Shown here piece after piece: positions 26,010-38,212 of a stretch of 64,000 bases of DNA. How positions within the stretch are numbered: the stretch's first letter is position 1; each line of letters opens with the position of its first letter. Made by a program: the position numbers and the translations under genes. Where the stretch lies: the NCBI GenBank assembly GCA_950097015.1, contig CATNEN010000003.1:1612001-1676000 (forward strand), given 5' to 3'. The notes beneath the pieces were generated by a model. That model saw nothing but the letters and a program-made list of their open reading frames with translations, was not told the origin of the DNA and searched no databases. Source of the DNA: Macrostomum hystrix (lineage: Eukaryota; Animalia; Platyhelminthes).

Positions 26010-27505
26010 ACAGTTCGATTATTTCAGAAACATGTTAGACACAACTTGCTCGTTTCTTTCAGAAACATATTAGACAGAACCTGTTTAATTCTCTCAGAAA
26101 CATGTTTGACACAGCCTGTTCGAACCTGCCGGAAGCGTGTTAGACACAACTTGTTTGATTATTTCAGAAACATGTTAGACACAACTTGTTCGATTCTTTC
26201 AGAGACATGTTAGACACAGCCAGTCCGAGTCTCTCAGAAACATGTTAGACAAAGCCAGTTCGAGTCTCTCAAAAACATGTTACACATAGCCTGTTCGAGA
26301 CTTTCAGAAACATGTTTGTCACAACTTGTTAGATTTTTTCAGAAACATGTTAGACAGCCTGTTCGAATCTCTCAGAAACATGTTAGTCAGCCTGTTCGAG
26401 TCTTTCAGAAACATGTTCGACACAACTTGTTCGATTTTTTTCAGAAACATGTTAGACAACGTGATCGAATCTCTCAGAAACATGTTAGGCACAGCCTGTT
26501 CGAGTCTCTCAGAAACATGTTACACACAGCCTGTTCGATTTTTTCAGAAACATGTTAGACTCAACTTGCTCGTTTCTTTCAGAAACATGTTAGACAGAAC
26601 CTGTTTGAATCTTTCAGAAACATGTTAGACACAACTTGTTCGATTATTTCAGAAACATGCTAGACACAACTTGTTCGATTCTTTCAGAAACATGTTAGAC
26701 ACAGCCTGTTCGAGTCTCTCAGAAACATGTTAGACACAGCCTGTTCGAATCTGCCAGAAACATGTTAGACACAACTTGGTCGATTATTTCAGAAACATGT
26801 TCGACACAACTTGTTCGATTATTTCAGAAACATGTTAGACACAACTTGTTCGATTATTTCAGAAACATGTTAGACTCAACTTGCTCGTTTCTTTCAGAAA
26901 CATGTTAGACAGAACCTGTTTGAAGCTCTTAGAAACGTGTTAGACACAGCCTGTTCGAATCGGCCCGAAACATGTTAGACACAACTTGTTCGATTATTTC
27001 AGAAACATGTTAGACACAACTTGTTCGATTATTTCAGAAACATGTTAGACACAACTTGTTCGATTATTTCAGAAACATGTTAGACACAACTTGTTCGATT
27101 CTTTCAGAAACATGTTAGACAAACTTGTTCGATTATTTCAGAAACATGTTAGACACAAATTTTTCGATTATTTCAGAAACATGTTAGCCACAGCCTGTTC
27201 GAGTCTCTCAGAAACATGTTAGACACAGCCTGTTCGAATCTGCCAGAAACATGTTAGACACAACTTGTTCGATTATTTCAGAAACATGTTAGACACAACT
27301 TGCTCCATTCTCTCAGAAACATGTTAGACACAACTTGTTTGATTATTTCAGAAACATGTTAGACACAACGTGATCGAATCTCTCAGAAACATGTTAGACA
27401 CAGCCTGTTCGAATCTCTCAGAGACATGTTAGACACAGCCTGTTCGAATCTCTCAGAGACATGTTAGACACAGCCTGTTCGAATCTCTCAGAGACATGTT
27501 AGATA
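26010..27505. repeat. 35-bp minisatellite TCAGAAACATGTTAGACACAACTTGTTCGATTATT
   Basis: About 42 units between the ELP1 and ubiquilin 3' ends. Confidence 0.97.
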
Positions 27506-28494
27506 CGTCATGTAAAATTGTAAAAAAGACAAACACAATAGACAACGGACTAGTTTAAAATGGTTTAAAATAGCAACCACTTGGTAGTATTTGCCAGCCA
27601 AAAAGCTATTTAGCCCCATAGCTATTTAAGGCCAGCGAATAAAAATTAATGTACGAGTGTAATTAGTCAAAGAAAAATATCCATTTACCCGACAATTTTC
27701 ACTTTATCGACAATCAATGTTAACCCGCTAATAACAGGTAATTAGTAAAACGACAACGCATTTTGTTGTGTGTTTATGGGGATAAATTGATTACCATAGA
27801 GTAAACAGGTAGCAGAGAAAAAACACAACAAAACTTGCGGCAGTGAATTACATTTTCAAGGGCAATTTGCAGCCAGACAGACTACTGCTAGTAACAAGCA
27901 GAGAATGATTTTGTGCTGTTTCGCCTGTCTCTGGTTAAAGCAAAAAGAACAACTACAAATTAAAAAATGTGAATTTTCAAGTACAAATTAGTCAAATTGA
28001 AGGATAAGGTGTAATTATAACGCTGGCAATGCAATTATTTGTGGTCTCCTAACACTTTTCTTTTCCTTTTTATTAAAAAAACGCTTTAGATAAAAAAGAA
28101 GATAATTATGAACAATGAATAAATGAATTTATATGAATAAACAGAAGGTAGCATGCGAAACATAGGTAATTTAATAATGGAATTAGCGCGATCGGTTAGA
28201 TCTTCATTTTCCACCTTTTAAATTTAAATTTAACTTTAACAAAACTAATAGCTTGCTTGATGGTAACCAAAGATAGGAATAAAATAATTACACACAAATA
28301 ATAAACTGAACACTGAATATAATTTTGCTACTTTTCAGATAACATCAAGGGAAAATGAGGATAGGAAAGCAAGCAAATGATGTTATACTACTTACTTAGT
28401 GCAAATATAATAATTAGTACTAAATTACTTTTATGCTTACAAAGAAATGATTGAAACCTTTAACCTTTTGAAAATATTGTCGGTTTTAAGGGAA

Positions 28495-29392
28495 CAGAAT
28501 AATCCTCTGAGGGGTAGAAGGGCAGAATAATCCTCTGAGGGGTAGAACAATCCTGAGAGTAGAATAACCCACTGAGGGGTAGAATAGTCCTCTGAGGGGT
28601 AGAATAATCATCTGAGGGGTAGAATAATCCTCTGAGGGGTAGAATAATCCACTGAAGGGGTAGAATAATCCACTGAAGGGGTAGAATAATCCACTGAGAG
28701 GTAGAATAATCCACTGAAGGGGTAGAATAATCCACTGAGAGGTAGAATAATCCACTGAAGGGGTATAATAATCCACTGAGGGGTAGAATAATCCACTGAG
28801 GGGTAGAATAACCTACTAAAGGGGTAGAATAATCCACCGAGGGGTAGAATAATCCACTCAGGGGTAGAATAACCCACTTAGGGGTAGAATAATCCACCGA
28901 GAGGTAGAATAATCCTCTGAGGGGTAGAATAATCCACTGAAGGGGTAGAATAATCCACTGAGAGGTAGAATAATCCACTGAAGGGGTAGAATAATCCACT
29001 GAGAGGTAGAATAATCCACTGAGGGGTAGAATAATCCACTGAGGGGTAGAATAATCCACTGAGGGGTAGAATAATCCACTGAGGGGTAGAATAATCCACT
29101 GAGAGGTAGAATAATCCACTGAGGGGTAGAATAATCCACTCAGGGGTAGAATAATCTACTGAGGGGTAGAATAATCCACTGAGAGGTAGAATAATCCACT
29201 GAAGGGTAGAATAATAATCCACTGAGGGGTAGAATAATCCACTGAGGGGTAGAATAATCATCTGAGGGGTAGAACAATCCACTGAGGGGTAGAATAATCC
29301 ACTGAGGGGTAGAATAACCCACTGAGGGGTAGAATAATCCACTGAGGGGTAGAATAACCTACTGAAGGGGTAGAATAATCCACTGAGGGGTG
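28495..29392. repeat. 20-bp minisatellite GAGGGGTAGAATAATCCACT
   Basis: About 44 units. Confidence 0.97.
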
Positions 29393-29666
29393 CAAAGGCT
29401 AAATCGAGGAATGGAGGAATGTGTCGGCATGATCAATCCTAAAATGAAATAATTTTATTATTTTGTTTAACTTATACGTAACAAAAAAACGAAGCAAAAC
29501 AATCGTTATTATTTAGAATTGAATAAAAAATAAACGATACCTCAGTGACGACAGAAGAAAGTAACTCCCTAAAATAGACTCCCTCGACAAGAAACAATTA
29601 CTAGAAATTCACCAGAGACAAGATAGAGTGAGTTCAATTATCCAGTAGAGCAATGCTCAAGCTGGC

Positions 29667-32600
29667 TCATAGACCGCCGGATTGCAATAGTCGATCAATG
29701 GCAGCGTTGACGTCGCCGAAGGTGGCTTGAATAGCGCGTAGATTAGCTTCGCGATTTAAGAATCCCATATTAGCCAGCTGCTCTAGTTGGGAAGCGTACC
29801 GCTGCTCAGGAGGCAGCTGCTGCTGCTGCTGCTGAACGGATCCCGGCTCGCCTAGGCCCGCGCCCTGATTAGCCATCATGCCTAGCATCGACTGCATTAG
29901 TGAGGCCATATCAGTCTGATGCTGCTGCTGTGGCTGGCCAGATGATTGGCTGACGGGTGTGCCAGAAGAACCGGCGGACTGGGCAAAGAGTTGTAAATCA
30001 GTTAGGGTTCTTTGAATTATGTGCTGTAATAAGGATTAACTATTGTGGGGAGAATAGGGTAGAAGGGGAAGATTTAGGGAGACAAAGAACTGGCTAAAAG
30101 GGGAATAATTAGCTAGAAGGGGAAGAACTGGCTAGAAGGGGAAGAACTGGCTAGAATGGGAAGAATTAGCTTGAAGGGGAAGAACTGGCTAAAAGGGGAA
30201 GAATTAGCTTGAAGGGGAATAACTGGCTAAAAGGGGAAGAATTAGCTAAAAGGGGAAGAATTAGCTAAAAGGGGAAGAATTAGCTAAAAGGGGAAGAATT
30301 AGCTTGAAGGGGGGAGAATTAGCTAGAAGGGGAAGAATTAGCTAGAAGGGGAAGAATTAGCTAGAAGGGGGGAGAATTAGCTAGAAGGGGAAGAATTAGC
30401 TTGAAGGGGAAGAATTAGCTTGAAGGGGAAGAATTAGATAGAAGGGGAAGAATTAGCTTGAAGGGGAAGAATTAGCTTGAAGGGGAAGATTTAGCTAGAA
30501 GGGGAAGAATTAGCTAGAAGGGGAAGAATTAGCTTGAAGGGGAAGAATTAGCTTGAAGGGGAAGAATTAGCTAGAAGGGGAAGAATTAGCTAGAAGGGGA
30601 AGAATTAGCTAGAAGGGGAAGAATTAGCTTGAAGGGGAAGAATTAGCTAGAAGGGGAAGAATTAGCTAGAAGGGGAAGAATTAGCTAGAAGGGGAAGAAT
30701 TGAGGAACTATGGTAGAGGGAAAGAACTAGTGGACGGTGAAGGAATTGGGAGAATGAGGTAAAGGGGAAAACTGGATTCATAATATCGAGTAGTCAATGC
30801 CTGTGCCTTTTTATCTGCTGGGCGATTTGAGTCGCGCCAAAAAAGACAGTAAAGCACAATTAAGAAATGTGCCCCGTGAAACAATTGTGGGACACTGTTG
30901 AAGTCTTGAAAAAAAGGCACTTACCGGCACAGCTCCGCCAGGCACAAGGCCGGGACCAGTTGGTAGAAATCCCGGAGCCTCCTGTTGAAGCACTCGCATG
31001 CTCTCCTGAATCTGCATGATGGCCTGCAGAGCTCTCGGATTGCTCAGGGCAGCCTGAGCCTGCGGATTGCTCATCTGGGCCATCATCTGGGGCAGCATAC
31101 TGCGCATCTGGGCCTGAAGCTCCGGATTGCCGGCAACCAGTGGCGAGTTCACCAGCATGGACTCGGCTAGTTGGGGATTCGAGGCCAGAGCCTGCGATGA
31201 CGAAGCGAATGGCGGATTGGAAGATAGAGATTGGGCGACTAGGATTAGCGAGGGAGAGTAAAATTGGAGTGAGAAAGACTGGGATAAGGACAAACAGAGA
31301 GTGGGAAATCTGTAGAATCACGCAAAGTTGTTGAGGTGAAGTGGTAAATTTAGATTGGTAGGTAGAGTGATATTGGTATATGATTAGAACAGTAGAGCGG
31401 TATAGGGAGAGTGGCAGAGGGAGATTGGTAGAGGGAGAGTGGCAGAGGGAGATTGGTAGCGGGAGAGTGGTAGAGGGAGAGTGGTAGAGGGAGAGTGGTA
31501 GGGCGAGAGTAGTAGAGGGAGAGTGGTAAAGTGAGAGTGGTACAGGAAGAGTGGTTGAGTGAGAGTGGTAGAGTGAGAGTGGTAGAGGGAGAGTGGTAGG
31601 AGGAGAGTGGTAGAGTGAGAGTGGTAGAGGGAGAGTGGTAGGAGGAGAGTGGTAGAGTGAGAGTGGAACAGGAAGAGTGGTTGAGTGAGAGTGGTAGAGT
31701 GAGAGTAGTAGAGTGAGAGTGGTAGAGGGAGAGTGATAGAGGGAGAGTAGTAGAGTGATAGTGGTAGAGGGAGAGTAGTAGAGTGAGAGTGGTAGAGGGA
31801 GATTGGAAAAATGAGAGTGGTAGAGTAAGAGTGGTAGAGTGAGAGTAGTAGAGTGAGAGTGGTAGAGGGAGAGTGGTAGAGTGAGAGTGGTAGAGGGAGA
31901 GTAGTAGAGTGAGAGTGGTAGAGGGAGAGTGATAGAGTGAGAGTGGTAGAGGGAGAGTAGTAGAGTAAGAGTGGTAGAGGGAGATTGGAAAAATGAGAGT
32001 GGTAGAGTAAGAGTGGTAGAGGGAGAGTGGTAGAGTAAGAGTGGCAGGGGGGAGAGTGGTGGTGGAAGAGTGGAAAAGCGAGAGTGGTAGAGGAGTATGT
32101 GAGAGGTAGAGTGGCACTTGCACAGTCTCGAGTGCATTACCAAACACCTAAACCATTGAACCTGTAGTTTGATTCAGCTACTCGGCTAAGCAAAATATCG
32201 CAGGCTCAGTGACAAGAATGTGTGGGTGTGCAATGATGTTAGAAAGTAAATCAACAGCACGCGATCACAAACCTGCATCATAGACTGCATATAGGGCGCC
32301 TGCATAGCCTGTGACAGCATAGCCGGATTCGATTGAAGCAGCTGCTCCTGTAGGCTGCGAATACCTGGCTGAGTGGCTCCGCCAGCAGCCGGCCCACCCA
32401 GATGCTGCTGTCCAGCTGGAGCTGCGGCAGCCCACGGATTCGGCAGAGGCTGATTATTCTCCGTACCCTGCTGATCAGTGCCAGTTGGTCTAGCGCCGCC
32501 GGCTAGGCTAGCGAACGGATTCCTTGACATCGACTCCTCCGTGGCGCTGAGCATCGGCTCCTGAATGTCGCGATACATTCGCTGGAGATGGCCGAAACCG

Positions 32601-35600
32601 CCCGGGACACTCTCCAGATTGCTCAGGGCGCGATCGTAATTGCGCGACATCTCCTCCATGGCAGCTGGGCTGCGGGCCAACTCCATGGTCTGGCGAAGGA
32701 TCTGGAGCAGATAGGACACGGATGGTTAAACAGTAGAAATACCAATGGCGGGAGTGGAATGAATCACGGGATTGTAGTTCCTAATCACAATAATACATCG
32801 TTATGATTATAAACAAATTTATTTCAAAGTTGCTTTAATTGATAAGTACTGCTAAGGGGGGCATTGTCATCTAAGGGAAAGGCATTGTCATCTGCTAAGG
32901 GAGAGGCATTGTCATCTGCTAAGGGAAAGGCATTGTCATCTGCTAAGGGGGAGGCATTGTCATCTGCTAAGAGGCATTGTCATCTGCTAAGTGGGAGGCC
33001 CTCGAAATACATAAGTAATTTATAATTGACTTAAAAAGTTAAAATTGGATTTTAGGAAAATCCTTACTCTAGTAGTATAATATGTATAATATGTAGAAAA
33101 TTCTAGTTCAGCACTAAGCATAACTCACCTCCGGATTGTTAAGCAACGAATTCAGTTCAGGATTTCTATCCATCAGATCGCGTAGTTGTGGATTGCTTTG
33201 AATCATGGCGCGCATTGTGTCAGGATTAGACATAATAGACTGCACCAGCGGATTATCTAGCATTTGGCGCATCATCTGTGGATTACGCATCATCTCGCGC
33301 TGCATCTGGGCCTGCATATCGGCTAGGCCGCCGCCAGATTCAACACCAACGCGAAACAGATCCGGTAGTGGAAGGCCGCCTGACGGATCGGATGCGCTCT
33401 GATTGCTTGGCAGAGAAGCTTCAGCAGAAGCGGCTGAACCAACACCGGTTGCATTTGAAACTTCGGCCGGCCTAGGATTCTTAATAACCAGATGTACAAC
33501 TAAGCCATCTTTAATGCCCAAGGCTGGCAGGTTCTCTTCGTCTTTAAGAATTTTGCCAGAGAAAATTAGGCACAATTGGCTAGCGTCAGTTTGGAATTCC
33601 TTGGACACAGCAGTGCGTAGCTAAATAAGTAAATAAAAAACACAGTTATTAATTAAGACTAATTGTGAAACAATTGCAGCCATCGTGAGGCACTCGTTGA
33701 GATTTTAAGCCAAGATATTTAAGCCATAGTAAAAATGTTGCTTTTTAAAATAGTCTAAAATTAAATTTATAAATATTTACTTGGACAACAATAGAGTACT
33801 ACCTACAGACAGATATGATGCCAATTAAAATGTCATATATATCTTATAAAAATGTAAAAAAATAAAAGTAATGATATTAAAAGTACAAACATGACTGTTT
33901 TCGAAGTATTGAAAACTTTTATTAAAATTCAATGTGCTGCTAATACCATACATTTAGTCTTAATTACTTAGTTGTTGTATAATCACAAAATTTGTCTCTT
34001 TCGAATTTCATCTAAATTTAATTGATTAATCTACTTTAAAAATAATAGAGTTCTTTATAATTTAAATTAAAATAAAGCTAGTTAATTTTTTGTATAAAAA
34101 AGAATACAGACAAATAGAGATTTAGCATAGCATATATAAAAATTAGTATTTGCATTACTAACTTTTTGTCATGTAGCTAACTACAATAGATGGCGATCTG
34201 TGTAATAAATAACAAATATAACATTGAATATACCTTAATGAAAAGGCAACACTAACTAGATAAGTCCCACTGATGTTAACAAGCCATTAGTGTTTTCCAA
34301 ATAAAAAACCTAATGGGTTTGTGTCTCTAAAAATCAAAATGCTGTTATGAATTTGGTCATACTTAAAAAACTACAAACAAAAGCAAAAATTTTTTGTGTC
34401 AACTGGATTCATACATGTGCAACACCTAGATGACCTGTCAAACAAAACAAGTTGCAAAAATTAACTGACCAGAGGAAAAAAAATCAAAGGGGACCAAGGG
34501 ACAAATAGGGGGAGAAGAAAGCACAAAGAGAAAAAATGGGATAAAGAAATTTGTTTTCAAGTATAATTAAAGCAAATAATAATGGATGAAACATGGATAA
34601 CATTAGTTACATTGGATATAACCATTAGTCTAACACTTTAAAATGACAGGAGGGTGCCCAGAGACAAAAAATATAGATTTTCTAGCTGGCACTGAATGTA
34701 AATTTGTGATAGACAATTTTTTAAATATCTTTCTGTGTTTTGTTTTATTATTGTCAATAAAGATGCTTTAACAGATGTTACTAAATGTAGCTAGAACATT
34801 TATTGCAACAGTATTAGTTTCACATTCAGTTTTAAACTTGCTATTTCAAAAATTGCATGTCAGTTTTAAAACTTACAAATAATTTATTCTGGATTTTGTA
34901 CTCATAATGCTGGCTGTTGCTTTTCGCACTTTATAAATCAACTTGTGTCTTCTCATTGTTAAAAAACATCAAAAAATGTTTTTCTAAAAATAAATCATTT
35001 TTGAACTTAAGATAAAACTAATTGAGTTGCAAGATAAGTTATTTGACCAGTGTGGAACTGTTTTACTGTTGTTCAACCAAAATATAATTTTTGTGGAAAT
35101 ATTGTAGAACACTTTAATAAGGCACAATCAACAACACAAAAAATGCAATAGTTTGCTACATAATTATTTACTAAAATGGGGAGCTCTATAGACTTATAAC
35201 AAAGGAGAGCAAATGAAATCCATAGGTATGAATATACTCAAAGATTTTACAACATTGTCAAAACTACAAAGAACTATATAGCTGAAGATCCATTAAAAAG
35301 ACTGAGAACCATGTGCTTAATGAAAATAATTGCCTTATAGTTCAAATTTGGCAATATTCTACTTCCGTTCGTTATATTATTTTTTTGTTTGAATTCGTGC
35401 CACACATGCATTCCGAGTTTGAAAAGTTGTTCTGACGTGGCTTTCCATGACTTGACACTTGGATCTATGTCTAGGCCTATGGCAAAATCTGGCAAATATA
35501 GGGGAACAGGAAGCTAAGGCACAGAAATTCTGCAGCTGAAGATTTTGCGAAGGCCAAGCTGCGTCAAATGCATAGCACGAGTGCTGCTCTATTCGAAAGC

Positions 35601-36591
35601 CACCTCGAAGAATTCTTATGGCGCTGTCTATACCCCAAGAATAGCTTCGGTGCCCTCCTCTACTGGATTAGGCACTTACCCGGTTTGAAAGAAGAAAGAC
35701 TGACCAAGACTTTTCAGAACTGTCTGACCAAACTACTGACTTTTTGTTACCGTTAAACTTGTTTTTTGTCATTATCTGTCGTTTGCAAACAAAAAATAAT
35801 ATAACGAACGGAAGTAGAACATTGCCTCAAATTTTTTAGTTGTTAGATGAGAGAAAACAAAGTTAAAACAAACAAAACAGAGGGAAAACAAACAAGTGTA
35901 CATAAGGGAAAACTAAGTTGCAGTTGGGAGAAAACAAATTTACAGTTAGGGAGTTGAAGGAAAGCTAAGTTGTAGATGAGAGAAAACTAAGTCGCAGATG
36001 AGGGAAGATAAATTTGCAGATGAGAAAGTAAGGAAAAAACAATGTTGCAAATGACAAAAAATAAGTCTGTTTTCACTTTTCTAGAGAACTAGAACAATTT
36101 TGGTATACAGGCTACCTTCTAGACTATGGGATTACTGCCATATTTGCAGTAATATGGCTGCATATTTGTATATTTGTGGAATTATAAATATATTTGTGGC
36201 ATAGGCCTTAGCTTTGTCGGAATAGGCCTAACTCATGATTCCTCACAATATGCATCATAAGTATTAGTCAGACTAATGTCCTGGCCAAGCAGTCAGTAAC
36301 ACTAAATTTGCACATAAATGCTTAGACAACTAGTTATATTAATACAGAAATGGTTGAAATGTGTAAAATAATAATAGCAAAACTTGCTTAACTTTTAAAA
36401 CTGAATGAAATTACATTGGTTAAATGATTAGGAATCCTAAATACTCAGAAAAATAAGAATGCATAAAATTTTGTAAGTATACAAGCACTTACTTCTTTGA
36501 TAGTACCTTCAAGAGGCACTTGGACACTGCGCTTTTCCTTTGGTGACTTAATATGTACTGTGATAGTATTAACACTTTCGGACTCAGCCAT
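29667..36591 (-). CDS. UBQLN: Ubiquilin (UBL-STI1-UBA), complete, about 532 aa
   Basis: Exons 36591-36493, 33620-33129, 32701-32273, 31191-30925, 29978-29667, all phase 0. UBL ([12 protein letters not shown]...[10 protein letters not shown]), STI1 repeats (NPQMMRQML; [17 protein letters not shown]) and UBA ([42 protein letters not shown]). Confidence 0.97.
30085..30702. repeat. 19-bp minisatellite AGCTAGAAGGGGAAGAATT
   Basis: In ubiquilin intron 4. Confidence 0.97.
31400..32110. repeat. About 14-bp purine-rich repeat GAGAGTGGTAGAG(G/T)
   Basis: In ubiquilin intron 3. Confidence 0.95.
32850..32995. repeat. Short minisatellite GGCATTGTCATCTGCTAAGGGA(AA)
   Basis: 5-6 units in ubiquilin intron 2. 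Confidence 0.9.
35350..35826 (+). mobile_element. Non-autonomous Merlin (IS1595/ISXO2-like) DNA transposon in ubiquilin intron 1
   Basis: TIRs of about 40 bp, GGCAAT(A/G)TTCTACTTCCGTTCGTTATATTATTTTTTGTTTG; perfect 8-bp TSD TCAAATTT (35342-35349 and 35827-35834); transposase C-terminal remnant [26 protein letters not shown]. Confidence 0.85.
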
Positions 36592-38212
36592 TATTTAGAA
36601 TATGTGCGTTTTGACTCAGTAAAGATAAGAAGAATTCCGTACTTCGTTGATCTGCAGTCTAAGACTCACTGCGTCTTATTACGTGTTCCGATTTTTCTAG
36701 TAATTGTTTGTACCGTAATTAGCTGGTTTAAAAAATACAAATATTTATCTGGTCTAATATAAATTAGTAAAACAAAGTGAGTAATATTGTAAAACGAAAT
36801 TTGTTGAAAAAACTCTTAAACTTTTCTATTTTCCTTCATATTAACAGCGACTTATTTTGCCAAAAATTTTAGTAGCCTTTAGATAGATTTTTTTCCTTTA
36901 CACGATCGGATGAACTATAAATTGGTACCGTTCATTCCAATCCGCTGGCATCATTTTCTATCGCCAATATACAGTTGAAAAGCAAAAATGTAGGTAAATA
37001 TTGATGTTCAATACTTGTGTACGTGTCGTTTCGCTGAACAGATGCACAACTGGAATAAAATATCCCTTCATTCGACAACCTAATTTTTTACTTATTTTGA
37101 AACTTCGCCGTCTTCATCAAAATTTCAGGTCAACTAAAATATATGTCAACCTCAATTTTTAACAGCATTGTAATGCTACAAGGCCCCATTTTATTTTAAA
37201 GCATATCGATCTGGTATTACTACAGACTTATAGCCTGCGCCAAAAGTTAATATGCTATATACTACAAAGAATGCTTCTTTGTCTCTCTGCAACAAGAGAA
37301 AATCATGCGAAAATGTTATATCGGGGATATAAAATTCAAGAGCTTGACAAGAAAGAGAAAGAATATCAATAATTAGCTTCTGTGAAGAAAGCAATTTAAC
37401 ATTGACATCCCTGTTATCCTTTGTGAATCATGACGAAACGTGCCGAGTTCTTAATGCTCGACGCAAAATAAAGACTTTCACCTCCAGCTGCCTTCTGTCT
37501 AGACAACCATCTTAACACCAGCACAGTCCTAATGTTCGAATGATCAGTTTTGTTTTTGATGTTCAAGCTTGATAGAGCAAAAATTGTTTCTGGAAATTTT
37601 ACATATCAACATGTCCATAAGGACGTACCTAGGCCACGCCCAAAAATTAAACACATGCCCGCGGATCAACTTTTAGTTCTGTCCAGTTCCCGGACTGTGG
37701 AGGCTGTGAAGTAAACTGCACTTACAACTCTATCTGTACATATGAATGCTTTTAATTCAGCTGTTCTGGACTTTCGAGACAGGGGTACCTCTACACAGCG
37801 GCTGTCAGTGCAGCCATCTATAGCTAGATAGCAGCATTTTGGCACCCCATAGTTGTAAACTTTTGAATCTTAAACAGTTATAAACATTAGCAAGGGGCAT
37901 GAGTCATTTGGTTTCATGCTAATATTTCATAACTAATATAAGTTACACTCCGGCGCTATAAACAACTTTGAAACTTACTTTTTGTACCTATTCCAACACC
38001 AATTGCCAAGACAATGCCTAGGTCCAGCCACTTAGGAGCCTGATAGAGGACAAAATCTAACAAACATATCCACTTCCTTGTACCTCCATCGAAGTGAAAA
38101 TGTGCAACCTCAGTCTGGAAAAGTGTTTCCCCTACGCAGCCTTTCACTTGCTTCATATATAATGCGCCTATGACCATATTTCGAAAATGAGAAATCAGTG
38201 CAAACTGGAAAC

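Noticed and set aside
26010-27505. CRISPR-like look (constant palindromic part plus variable part)
   Set aside because: The variable parts are a few recurring variants, not unique spacers; eukaryotic context and no cas genes.
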